Part shown: one piece after another, positions 7,941-17,206 of the stretch | How the letters are laid out: each line of letters starts with the position of its first letter | Numbering within the stretch: position 1 is the first letter of the stretch | From: an archaeon | GTDB taxonomy: Archaea > Nanobdellota > Nanobdellia > Pacearchaeales > GW2011-AR1 | Assembly (NCBI GenBank): GCA_043810775.1 | Contig: JBDRNU010000026.1 | Location: 4,639-68,638, forward strand | Length of the DNA: 64,000 bases | Reading direction: 5' to 3' | Program-made: the position numbers and the translations under genes | The notes under the pieces: model-generated | What the model was told of the DNA's origin: nothing | What the model saw: only the letters and a program-made list of their open reading frames with translations | The model's database searches: none

Positions 7941-9038
7941 TTACAGCTGAAATCTCAGCAAAGCCCCAATTCCACCCAAATTCCAAAACTGCTCGCCTTC
8001 TGGAGTTTCAACAGAAACAATCTCAACTGTCGCAGAAATAGCTTCACCAGCCTGCCTTAACTCTTTTATTACATCTTTTTTTAGCTTCTTGCTTAAAATT
8101 AAAATATTCACAGCGCCGTATTTTAAAGCTCTCTTAACCTCGCTTAATCCATAAGAAACCTTCTCAGGTCTCTTGCCAAGAGTTTCAAAAAAATTCTCTA
8201 ATAGCTTTTTTTCCTTAATAATTTCCTGCTGGGCAAGAACATCCTGGCTTAGCTCTACTAAGTCCTCTAATCCAGATTCATCAGTATTTCCTAAATCCTT
8301 TACAGCAATGACCATATCCTTTAGCTTAGTTACTAACTGCCCCTGGTCTAAAAAATCCTCCTTAGTTGGAATAGGGCCTCCAATCAGTATCCCCTTTAAT
8401 CTAGGCATATCAAAAAACAACTCTTTCATTGCATCTGCAATTCTTCTGAAAAAATCCTTAGCCAGCCCTTCAGTAATCCTATGAAATCTCTGGCTTGATT
8501 GACCGCCAGCCCTGACTTTCCCAGGCACTCCTGAAGTCATTTTTCTTAGTAATTTAATCTGCTTTCCTTCTAATAATCCAATACTGGCCTCTTTCCTGTC
8601 CATAACAAGCAGTCCATAAACCTCTTCAACTTTAGTCATATCTTTTAATGGCTCTATTACAAAAGTCTGGTCGCATCTATAAAGTCTTGTCTTCATAGGC
8701 TGTGGCGGCTCAATAGTCCATAATTGTATATTTTCCTGACCCTCTTGCTCAGATACATTTCCAGCAAAAACAGCCATCCCATTTTTAGGGGTTTCCTTAT
8801 ACAACTTTAACTCGCGGGAAATTCTCTCTAAGCTATCTAAAACAGCTTTCCTGGTATTCTTGCTTTTAATATTTACAGCTGTAGATTTTTCAGCATCAAT
8901 TTGCTTAGCTACTGCATTAATATTAAATCCAGCAGGTATATACACAGTTATTAGTTCAGTATGCCTGCCCCTGATTTTTTCCAGCTCTTCAATCAGCTCT
9001 TCAAATTCATATTGTTCTGTCATGTTAAATAAACTCAA
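7941..9038 (-). CDS. prf1: Peptide chain release factor aRF1
   Basis: NIKS motif (AVNIKSKNTRKA) and GGQ motif (RAGGQSSQRF). Confidence 0.9.
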   Translation of the reverse strand: MSLFNMTEQYEFEELIEELEKIRGRHTELITVYIPAGFNINAVAKQIDAEKSTAVNIKSKNTRKAVLDSLERISRELKLYKETPKNGMAVFAGNVSEQEGQENIQLWTIEPPQPMKTRLYRCDQTFVIEPLKDMTKVEEVYGLLVMDRKEASIGLLEGKQIKLLRKMTSGVPGKVRAGGQSSQRFHRITEGLAKDFFRRIADAMKELFFDMPRLKGILIGGPIPTKEDFLDQGQLVTKLKDMVIAVKDLGNTDESGLEDLVELSQDVLAQQEIIKEKKLLENFFETLGKRPEKVSYGLSEVKRALKYGAVNILILSKKLKKDVIKELRQAGEAISATVEIVSVETPEGEQFWNLGGIGALLRFQL

Positions 9039-11346
9039 CTCCTAATTTACCTTCTTTAATTTCCCTGCAATTATGCGCCTTAATCAAGTCACTCTTAAAT
9101 TTCACTAAAGACTTGGGAATATGCAAGGATTTAATTTCAGATTTTAAGCTCAAGCCCTTGTCTTTTTTTTCTTTCCATACAAGGCTGTTAAGCTCAACGA
9201 GCTCTTTTGTTTCTTGAATTTCCTTGAACTTGTTTTTAAAGAATTTCTCGCTATTAATATCCTTACCATAAAGCTCTTCAGATATATAATCACACATAAA
9301 AGGAGTAATTGGACTTAGCAAAATTAAAACACTCCTCAAACAATAGTGTAAAGTATAAAGCGCAGACTTGTCATTACTATAAGCCCTTGACTTTACTAAT
9401 TCAAGATAATTGCTTGCAAATAAATTCCAGACAAAATTCCTGATTGCATTGCTTGGTATAAAAAAATTAAACTCACTATATCCTTTTTCACATTCTGCTG
9501 CAAGATTTTCTAATTCAGATACTATCCATTTATCTAGCTCTTCAAGTTTAGCTGGCTTTTTTTCTTCCTTGAAACTAGAAATAAATCTGGCAACATTCCA
9601 GAATTTAGATAAAAACTTGCTTGCAACCTCAATCCTAGCTTCAGAGCATCTAAAATCACTTCCTAATGCAGCTTCAGATGCTGCCCAAAATCTAAAAGCA
9701 TCTCCGCCGTATTTTTCTATTATAGGAATAGGGTCAACTACATTGCCCTTGCTTTTGCTCATTCTCTCACCTTTCTCATCTAGCCCAGAACCCATCACCC
9801 AGGCAGATTTCCAAGCCTGCTTATCAGTTAGCTGATAACATCTTAATAAAGTATAATATAGCCAAGTTCTCACAATATCCTTTCCCTGAGGCCTTATTGA
9901 ATTAGGAAATGTCTTGTTGAAAAAATTCTTGTCTTTTTGAAACTTTGAAATATACAGTGGCGAAATGCTTGAGTCCATCCAGGTATCAAAAGTCCTTTCA
10001 TCACCTTTCCAATCACTTGCACCACACTTGCATTTTTCTTTTATTTTCTGCTTCCAAGGCTGATGATAGGTTTTATAATCTGCCTTGGGAACATAAATCT
10101 TCTCGCAAGAAGTGCATCTCCAAACAGGAACCTCTGTTCCATAATATCTTCTTCTTGAAATAGGCCAGTCCATGCTCACAGAATTAATCCAGTTAACTAA
10201 CAACTGCCTGTTCATCTCTGGATAAAAAACTAGTTTTTCAGAAAATTTCTTTAAAATAGGCAGAAAATCAAGCTGTTTCAGATAAAACTCATTCATGGAA
10301 ATAATCTCAATAGGGGTATTGCTCCTCTCACAAGTGGGAGTCCTGTGATTTATTTTTTCAGTTTTTTCAATTTTCCCCTCTTTTTCCAAATCTGCAATAA
10401 TTTTTTTCCTTGCCTCCAATATTTTTAATCCTTTATAATCTCCTGCCTTTTCAGTCATCTTACCCTGCTTATCTATAGCAATTATTTCTTGTAATTTCAG
10501 CTCACGAAAAATTCTTACATCATCATAATCTCCATAAGAGCAAATCATTACAGCTCCAGAGCCAAACTCAGGCTTTGCATAGTTATGGGCAACTATTTCT
10601 ACCTCCCTCTCAAATAAAGGAATAAATGCATGCTTTCCACCCAATCCTTTATATCTCTCATCCTTAGGATTAAACATCACCACCTGGCAAGCACATAATA
10701 ATTCAGGCCTAGTAGTGGCAATTACTATATCTTTTCCTGTTTCCTTGACTCTGAATTTAATATGCACTAATTCCGTAGGAATTTCCTCATAGCTTATTTC
10801 TGCATCTGCAATAGTAGTTCCGCAATCTACACAATAATTATTCGGCCTTGTATCTTCATAAATTAATTTCTTATTCCATAGCTCAATAAAAGTAGATTGT
10901 GTCAAAGCCCTGTATTCTTTAGAGTCAGTCCTGTAATAATTTTTAAATTCACAGGACATACCCATATTTTTCATAATTTCAAGCATCTCAGCTTCTAAGT
11001 CATCTAAAGCTACAGAACAGAGCTCTACAAATTTCTCTCTGGGAGTAGAATGCATCTTTATCTTATTCTTTTTCTCAGTATATCTTTCAACCGGAAGCCC
11101 ATTTCTGTCTATCCCTATTGGAAAATGCACATTCTTACACTGCATTCTCGCTGTTCTTGCTATCATGTCTATCTGAGAATAATGTGCTGCAGCTCCAATA
11201 TGCCAAGGTCTTCCTGAAGGATATGGCGGTGGCGTATCTATGGCAAAATTATCTTTTCCTGGCTTAAAGCTAAAAGTATCATTTTTCTGCCACTTCTTAG
11301 CTATCTTCTTTTCTATTTCCCTATTCCAGGATTTTTCTTTAAGCAT
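9025..11346 (-). CDS. valS: Class I aminoacyl-tRNA synthetase, most likely valyl-tRNA synthetase
   Basis: DTPPPYPSGRPWHIGAAAHY (HIGH region) and RMSKSKGN (KMSKS). 773 aa fits archaeal ValRS better than IleRS or LeuRS. Assignment made from memory of family patterns only. Confidence 0.65.
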   Translation of the reverse strand: MLKEKSWNREIEKKIAKKWQKNDTFSFKPGKDNFAIDTPPPYPSGRPWHIGAAAHYSQIDMIARTARMQCKNVHFPIGIDRNGLPVERYTEKKNKIKMHSTPREKFVELCSVALDDLEAEMLEIMKNMGMSCEFKNYYRTDSKEYRALTQSTFIELWNKKLIYEDTRPNNYCVDCGTTIADAEISYEEIPTELVHIKFRVKETGKDIVIATTRPELLCACQVVMFNPKDERYKGLGGKHAFIPLFEREVEIVAHNYAKPEFGSGAVMICSYGDYDDVRIFRELKLQEIIAIDKQGKMTEKAGDYKGLKILEARKKIIADLEKEGKIEKTEKINHRTPTCERSNTPIEIISMNEFYLKQLDFLPILKKFSEKLVFYPEMNRQLLVNWINSVSMDWPISRRRYYGTEVPVWRCTSCEKIYVPKADYKTYHQPWKQKIKEKCKCGASDWKGDERTFDTWMDSSISPLYISKFQKDKNFFNKTFPNSIRPQGKDIVRTWLYYTLLRCYQLTDKQAWKSAWVMGSGLDEKGERMSKSKGNVVDPIPIIEKYGGDAFRFWAASEAALGSDFRCSEARIEVASKFLSKFWNVARFISSFKEEKKPAKLEELDKWIVSELENLAAECEKGYSEFNFFIPSNAIRNFVWNLFASNYLELVKSRAYSNDKSALYTLHYCLRSVLILLSPITPFMCDYISEELYGKDINSEKFFKNKFKEIQETKELVELNSLVWKEKKDKGLSLKSEIKSLHIPKSLVKFKSDLIKAHNCREIKEGKLGVEFI

Positions 11347-11396
11347 ATCTGTCCATATTAACTAAATCTTTTAAACCTTACTGCCTATTATTTAGC

Positions 11397-12014
11397 ATGA
11401 ATCAAAAAGCAAAACTAGCTGTCTCACAGCTGAAGAAAATTGAAAAGCTCACAGATAAAAATATGTTGCTTGCAGCAGACTGGCACAAGTCTTGGGAAGT
11501 CCTGATTTCAACTATGCTGTCAGCGCAGACAAAGGACGAGACTACAATAAAAATTTCCCATATTCTTTATAAAAAATACCCCACCTTAAAAAGCCTGTCA
11601 AAAGCAAGAATAAAAGATATTGAAAAAATTATTCACCCTGTTAATTACTATAAAACTAAATCTAGGAATATCAAGAAAACAGCTAAGATGCTCGCTTGCA
11701 GGAATAATTGCAAAATTCCAAGAAATATTCATAAGCTCCTAGAACTTCCAGGAGTAGGAAGAAAAACAGCTAATGTATTCCTCGCAGTTCATAATAAGCC
11801 TGCAATAGGAGTTGATACTCATGTTTTCTATCTTGCCCAAATTTTAGGCTGGACAAGGCACAAGAACAAAGTTAAAATAGAAAAAGATCTCGAGCAGTTA
11901 TTTCCTAAAAAATACTGGATATCCATAAACTATATTCTTGTAAGATTTGGCAGAACTTTTAATACAAGGAAAAAGCAGGTTGATAAATTGCGGGAAATGA
12001 AGATAATCAAGTGA
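11397..12014 (+). CDS. nth: Endonuclease III-like HhH-GPD DNA glycosylase/lyase, apparently without the 4Fe-4S cluster loop
   Basis: LPGVGRKTANV hairpin with catalytic Lys and VDTHV Asp. No C-terminal Cys cluster. Confidence 0.8.
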   Translation: MNQKAKLAVSQLKKIEKLTDKNMLLAADWHKSWEVLISTMLSAQTKDETTIKISHILYKKYPTLKSLSKARIKDIEKIIHPVNYYKTKSRNIKKTAKMLACRNNCKIPRNIHKLLELPGVGRKTANVFLAVHNKPAIGVDTHVFYLAQILGWTRHKNKVKIEKDLEQLFPKKYWISINYILVRFGRTFNTRKKQVDKLREMKIIK

Positions 12015-13002
12015 AGGCAGGATAACAGCCAGGAAACAAGTCAAGCTTGAATTCCCTAGATACAATGCAAAAATCATGATTCTTGACTATATCCGGAAAC
12101 TTCTCTTTTAAATCAAGTATAATCTCCTGAAATTTATCATAGCTTTCCAGCTCAAAATCAATCTCAATATCCCACTCACCTATAACTCTTTGAGGCCATA
12201 CAGCTCCCTGAATAGTCGATATATAATTCATAAATTTAGATAGCCTTTCATGCGGAGAGTTCGCCAGATAAATAATTAACTTGCAAAAGATTCTTTTCAT
12301 AGCTCTAGGATTTAAGTGAGCCCTATAAGCAAGAATAATCTTCTTTTTTTCAAGCTCTTTAATCCTATACTGAACAATTCTTGGAGTAGCTTTAATTTTT
12401 TGTGAAATCTCTACTAAGGGGATTCTGGCATTATTAGCAATTATCTTGATTAAGCCCAAGTCAAGCTCATCTGCTTTTTCCTGCTCATCTTTTGTTGTGT
12501 GGTAGACTATTTTAGAAATTTCTTTTTTTTTATTTTTTAAAAATTCCCTTTTTTGGTGAGATAAATAAATTGTGGTAGTTATTGACTTTTCCTGAATAAA
12601 TTTGGAAAACTTATTAAGAACCGTCTGAACTTCATCGTCAAGCTCATTTACATTCCTAACAAGAAATCCCACAATTAAATCCCATCTTCCAGTGGTAAGG
12701 GCTACCCATTCAGTTTTTTTATGGTTGCAAAAATATTTTGCAATTTCATCTGCTTTTTCCTTATCTGCATTTGTAAATCTCAAATATAGCTTGAACTTTA
12801 CAACACCTAGCTTGAAATAATTAATAATTGTATGAAACCTTAAAATAATCCCTTTCTCAATTAGTTTATCAATTCTATACTTAACCACTTCCTTGCTTAA
12901 GCCAATTTTTCTTCCAATCTGATTATTTGACTGCCTTGCATTGCTGTCTAATTCTGCCAGGATTTTAATATCCCTCTTATCAAGTCCATAAATTTCACTC
13001 AT
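12007..13002 (-). CDS. Tandem (double) Lrp/AsnC-family protein
   Basis: Two HTH_AsnC-like segments (DIKILAELDSNARQSNNQIGRKIGLSKEVVKYRIDKL and LIKIIANNARIPLVEISQKIKATPRIVQYRIKEL), each followed by a RAM-like domain. Paralog of 35017-35973. Confidence 0.75.
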   Translation of the reverse strand: MSEIYGLDKRDIKILAELDSNARQSNNQIGRKIGLSKEVVKYRIDKLIEKGIILRFHTIINYFKLGVVKFKLYLRFTNADKEKADEIAKYFCNHKKTEWVALTTGRWDLIVGFLVRNVNELDDEVQTVLNKFSKFIQEKSITTTIYLSHQKREFLKNKKKEISKIVYHTTKDEQEKADELDLGLIKIIANNARIPLVEISQKIKATPRIVQYRIKELEKKKIILAYRAHLNPRAMKRIFCKLIIYLANSPHERLSKFMNYISTIQGAVWPQRVIGEWDIEIDFELESYDKFQEIILDLKEKFPDIVKNHDFCIVSREFKLDLFPGCYPAFT

Positions 13003-13097
13003 TATTTAACATAATTACATTTAGTATTTAAATTTTGTTATTTTGATAAATATTTAGCAAATAAGTTTTATCTATTATAAATAACCACTTTTTAGTA

Positions 13098-15029
13098 ATG
13101 AAAAGCACAAAAAAATATAAGGTTGGACTTTACAGCTTGCCCCCATACCAGCCAGTATATATTCATCCAGCAACACCTTATCTAGCTGGGCATCTAAAAT
13201 CAAAAGTTCCGGATATTGAAGTGCATCAAGAAGACCTGAATACTTCATCTCTAGACTACTTCCTAGGCCAGGATTTAACCAGCTCAATGCAAGATATAAA
13301 ATTATATAAGGACTTTTCTGCATTTAAAAAAGCAAAACGTGAAATAGCTGAAAAAATTAGTGAAAAAACATCTGGAATTCTAACAATTGAAAGAAACAGC
13401 ATTAACTATCTCCCGCCAGAAGACTATAAATCACGGCAAGGCCTTTTGGATGCAGTAAAAACAAAAGAAAAAAACACTTATTATTATTTTTTCAAAGAAA
13501 GAGTTATTCCACAAATCGAGCAAGGCAACATAAATTTCACAGGGCTATCAGTTATCCATCAAAAACAAATGATTCCAGCCATAATCCTTGCTTCAATGAT
13601 TAAGGAAAAATTCGGAAATAATGTCAAAATTGCCCTGGGTGGGAATATTATAACAAGAAATTATGATGTTCTATCTAGGGATGATGAACTAAACAAGAAA
13701 TTATTTGATTATTTTGATTATCTTGTGCATCATGAAGGGGAAACTGCTCTTAGTGAACTAGTTAAAAGTTTAAAAGAAGATAAAAGTTTTAGTAAAGTTC
13801 CTAAGTTAGTATATAAAAAAGAAGGAAAAGTTGCAGAAAATCTAGAATTCGTCATTGAAGACCCAAATGCGATTTCAATGCCAGACTATGAAGGACTTAT
13901 TGCACAGGCAAATCACTGGACACCCTTGCCAGTAATTCCATACCTAATAGGAAGAGGATGTAATTGGGGGGCATGTAGCTTCTGTGATATTCCAACAGGA
14001 TATGACATTTCAAAAGCAAGAATAGAGCAAGAAACTGGGAAAAAATTTAGTGCAGAAAATCAACCCACAGCTAAAAGAAGAGTTCAAAACTTGGAAAAAG
14101 TAATAGCAGAGCTTCAGCAATTAAGTGAAAAATACAATACAAAATATTTTAGTTTTAGTGATGAGGAACTATCTGGAGATTTATTAAGAGATTTCATTGA
14201 AAAAATTGAAAAGTCAGGGTTAAATATAGAATGGGAATGCTTCGGAAGAATTGAAGACCTATATCTAGACAAGGAATTTTGTGAAAAACTGGGAAAAACT
14301 GGTTGCAGGTTTATCCAATTTGGAATAGAATCTGCAAGCCAAAAAGTCCTTGATGCAAATAAAAAAGGATACGCATTTGAAACTGCAAGAGAAGTTTTAA
14401 AAAATACTTATAAAGCAGGAATCATGAACCACGCATTTATTCTAACTGGCCTTCCTGGAGACAGTTTAATTGAATCCTCAAAGCTGATTGAATTTCTTGA
14501 AGAATCCTCACAGCACCTAACAACAATAAAACCAATCTCTTATAAAGTATCTAAATGGTCGCCAATTGCACTGCACCCAGAAGATTTTAGATTAAGTCTG
14601 GATAAAGCTAGCACGCCAGATTTAGAGCTGAAAATAAATGTTAATGAAAACTCAGGTATGATGAGCCGTCATAAATCAATTGCTTTTACAAGATTACTAG
14701 AATTATGGATTGCTAAAAACCATAAAGTTAATCCTGTAACAAGTGAATATATGTATTCTCAAAGACTATTCTTAACAAGAGATGAATTAGAATCTTTTGC
14801 AAAAAATGAGGGAATTAAACTAAAACTCTCTAAAAAAGATACTGAAATGATAGCAAAAGTATATAATGGGTTAATAGAAGAAATTAAATTATTTGCTTAT
14901 TCAAAAGATACTGAGAAAAGTGAAAGAAGTAAGTTTGAAAATTTATACAAAAAATTAAAGAAAAAAAGAAATGAACAAGTTGGTTTAGAACAAGCTTTCC
15001 AGCTCTGTAAAGAAGTAACAGGCATCTAG
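13098..15029 (+). CDS. B12-binding-domain-type radical SAM protein
   Basis: 643 aa. GRGCNWGACSFCDIP cluster motif (spacing C-x4-C-x2-C as read), an N-terminal Rossmann-like region and IQFGIESAS. Confidence 0.7.
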   Translation: MKSTKKYKVGLYSLPPYQPVYIHPATPYLAGHLKSKVPDIEVHQEDLNTSSLDYFLGQDLTSSMQDIKLYKDFSAFKKAKREIAEKISEKTSGILTIERNSINYLPPEDYKSRQGLLDAVKTKEKNTYYYFFKERVIPQIEQGNINFTGLSVIHQKQMIPAIILASMIKEKFGNNVKIALGGNIITRNYDVLSRDDELNKKLFDYFDYLVHHEGETALSELVKSLKEDKSFSKVPKLVYKKEGKVAENLEFVIEDPNAISMPDYEGLIAQANHWTPLPVIPYLIGRGCNWGACSFCDIPTGYDISKARIEQETGKKFSAENQPTAKRRVQNLEKVIAELQQLSEKYNTKYFSFSDEELSGDLLRDFIEKIEKSGLNIEWECFGRIEDLYLDKEFCEKLGKTGCRFIQFGIESASQKVLDANKKGYAFETAREVLKNTYKAGIMNHAFILTGLPGDSLIESSKLIEFLEESSQHLTTIKPISYKVSKWSPIALHPEDFRLSLDKASTPDLELKINVNENSGMMSRHKSIAFTRLLELWIAKNHKVNPVTSEYMYSQRLFLTRDELESFAKNEGIKLKLSKKDTEMIAKVYNGLIEEIKLFAYSKDTEKSERSKFENLYKKLKKKRNEQVGLEQAFQLCKEVTGI

Positions 15030-15070
15030 CAAAGCAAAAACCTTATAAATCCCCTTAGTTAACAATAATT

Positions 15071-15238
15071 ATGGCATCAGACAATAGAATACATATGCCT
15101 TCAGGATTTGGGGGCTTGCTAAGATATGATGAAGAGTATGAGTCAAAATTCAAGCTTAAGCCAGAGCATGTAATAGTCTTCATAGTCCTGGTTTTATTAT
15201 TTGTAATAATTCTCAATCTATTTTTTCCAATAGCTTAA
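15071..15238 (+). CDS. Preprotein translocase subunit Sec61-beta
   Basis: Own translation, 55 aa and below the track cutoff: MASDNRIHMPSGFGGLLRYDEEYESKFKLKPEHVIVFIVLVLLFVIILNLFFPIA. Has the GLxRY motif plus a C-terminal TM. TATA-like CTTATAAAT lies about 25 nt upstream. Confidence 0.7.
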   Translation: MASDNRIHMPSGFGGLLRYDEEYESKFKLKPEHVIVFIVLVLLFVIILNLFFPIA

Positions 15239-15239
15239 A

Positions 15240-15563
15240 ATGTTTAATATGGATCCTAAAAAAATGCAGGGCATGATGAAACAGCTGGGTATCAAGCAGG
15301 AAGAAATTCAGGCATCTCGAGTTATCATAGAGCAGGAAGATAAAAATATAATCCTAGAAAATCCTTCTGTAACTAAGATTAAAATGCAGGGTCAGGAATC
15401 CTGGCAAATTACAGGTGATGAAAGAGTTGAAGAAAAACAAGAGGATAATACTGAAGACATCAAAACAATAATGGAAAAAACCTCCTGCTCTGAACAAGAA
15501 GCCAAACAGGCTCTTGAGCAATCTGATGGAGACTTGGCAGAAGCTATTCTTTCTTTATCTTAG
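15240..15563 (+). CDS. nac: Nascent polypeptide-associated complex protein (NAC)
   Basis: NAC domain (MMKQLGIKQEEI...VTKIKMQGQESWQI) and C-terminal UBA (EQEAKQALEQSDGDLAEAIL). Confidence 0.85.
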   Translation: MFNMDPKKMQGMMKQLGIKQEEIQASRVIIEQEDKNIILENPSVTKIKMQGQESWQITGDERVEEKQEDNTEDIKTIMEKTSCSEQEAKQALEQSDGDLAEAILSLS

Positions 15564-15932
15564 TGATAAAACTTCTAAAGTAGTGTCTCTCAAAGGTTCA
15601 TTTTCAATATCTTGAATTAGCTCGCCTAAAAAAAGGTCGCACATAAGAAGGTCAAGCTGTTCCATATCAACTTTTTTCCCTTCATCTATGCACTTCTTTT
15701 CTCTTAACAAATCTAAAATTTTAAAGTACTGTTCATCTGAAACACATCCTCGCGGAGGTAATGCCTTGTTAACCATTGCATGTACATAAACTCTATCAAA
15801 AGGTACTTTATTAATGCCTCTTTTTTCTAAAGCTCTTACTTGCAAAGAATCCCACTCATGATAAACTCTCCTATTAAAATCACCATCACCTACATACTCA
15901 TAATCCTTATTATCAAAATCATTAAAAAACAT
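15555..15932 (-). CDS. Hypothetical protein
   Basis: 125-aa ORF with no recognisable motif. Confidence 0.4.
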   Translation of the reverse strand: MFFNDFDNKDYEYVGDGDFNRRVYHEWDSLQVRALEKRGINKVPFDRVYVHAMVNKALPPRGCVSDEQYFKILDLLREKKCIDEGKKVDMEQLDLLMCDLFLGELIQDIENEPLRDTTLEVLSLR

Positions 15933-15993
15933 AAATCAACTAGAAATTTATAATTTATAAATATTTATATACTAAAGAAAAACTATTCTTTCT

Positions 15994-16551
15994 TTAAGCT
16001 AATAATACATAGCTAAAAATCAAGTTCCATATTATTATCATTGATAATAAAAAAGTTTCTGAGACTCCTGACATTAATTTATATTTTTTGCCTAAGATAA
16101 AAGATCCTGCAAAAAGCACAGCAAGAAAGATTACCCCAACTATTCCTATTAATTGACTAAGAAATAAAAGCTTAATATGAAATATTAATGCTCCTATGAT
16201 TGCAGATACAAAAATAACTCTGCTTGCAATTGTATGTATTTTTTTATGATTCCCATACTGAAAAATAGATGCAACAACTAGGGCAACTCCTGCAATTACA
16301 AAAAGTGAAATTTCTAAATGAGGATTTGGAATTTCAAGCGCAAGAACTAATATAATATAGAAAATAACCTGCAATATACCTGAAATAGCCAAACACGGGT
16401 TGTAAAACTTCTTTGTTTTGCTGGAATTTCCACAATAGCAAAATGGATGCTTTTTAAAATCAAAATCTTTATTTGCCTTAACACAGATAAAATGATACAT
16501 AAATGCAAAGATAGAATTAACTATTCCCAAATATTTTAGCATCTCTAACAT
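15994..16551 (-). CDS. Polytopic membrane protein
   Basis: 185 aa with about 5-6 hydrophobic helices. Confidence 0.5.
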   Translation of the reverse strand: MLEMLKYLGIVNSIFAFMYHFICVKANKDFDFKKHPFCYCGNSSKTKKFYNPCLAISGILQVIFYIILVLALEIPNPHLEISLFVIAGVALVVASIFQYGNHKKIHTIASRVIFVSAIIGALIFHIKLLFLSQLIGIVGVIFLAVLFAGSFILGKKYKLMSGVSETFLLSMIIIWNLIFSYVLLA

Positions 16552-16660
16552 AACTTTAAGATAATTTATTGATTTTTAAACCTATCTTAAGTATAATCTT
16601 ATAACCGAAACATTTTTGAAATCTTATTTCTATAGTAGTATAGTCAGAAACTAAGGGAAA

Positions 16661-17134
16661 ATGGCAGTTGAAGAGAAATTTATTCAGTCGCTGAACCTAG
16701 CTAGTAAGCACCTTCAAACAGCGGACCACATGACTTATATTACCTATCCTCTAATAAAGGAAAAAAGGCTTCTTCTTAAGATACTTTCTGAACTGCATAT
16801 ATCAGTTATTAATATTGTAAATTCCATACTGCAGTATGAATACTACTATAAAAGAATCCAGATTTACTCAGATGCACGCTCTAATTTTGAAGAATTTAAA
16901 GACAAATGCGCCCCAAGATATAATATTACAGTAGAACAAGTAAAAAAAATACTTGAAATCATAAAAATAGCAGAGCGCCATAAAAACTCGCCCTTTGAGT
17001 TCATAAAAGATGATAAAATAGTAATCATGACAGATAATATGCAGACTGAAACCCTTACTTTAGAAAAAACCAAGGGATTTTTACTTGAAGTAAAAGACAT
17101 GCTTAGAAAAGCCAGCACTAAAATCAGGAGATAA
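16661..17134 (+). CDS. Hypothetical helical protein, paralog of 18347-18784
   Basis: Shares the N-terminal pattern xADH(M/L)xY(I/V) and overall length with the 145-aa ORF at 18347. Confidence 0.45.
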   Translation: MAVEEKFIQSLNLASKHLQTADHMTYITYPLIKEKRLLLKILSELHISVINIVNSILQYEYYYKRIQIYSDARSNFEEFKDKCAPRYNITVEQVKKILEIIKIAERHKNSPFEFIKDDKIVIMTDNMQTETLTLEKTKGFLLEVKDMLRKASTKIRR

Positions 17135-17206
17135 TTCAGCCATAAAACTAGAAAATCAGATGATTTTTTATAAAAGTTTTAGAAATAACCTTAATTTATT
17201 ACTTTC

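Noticed and set aside
13075-13323. 82-aa minus-strand ORF overlapping the radical SAM start
   Set aside because: It overlaps the 643-aa plus-strand gene and sits in the promoter region of the divergent pair. It has no motif support.
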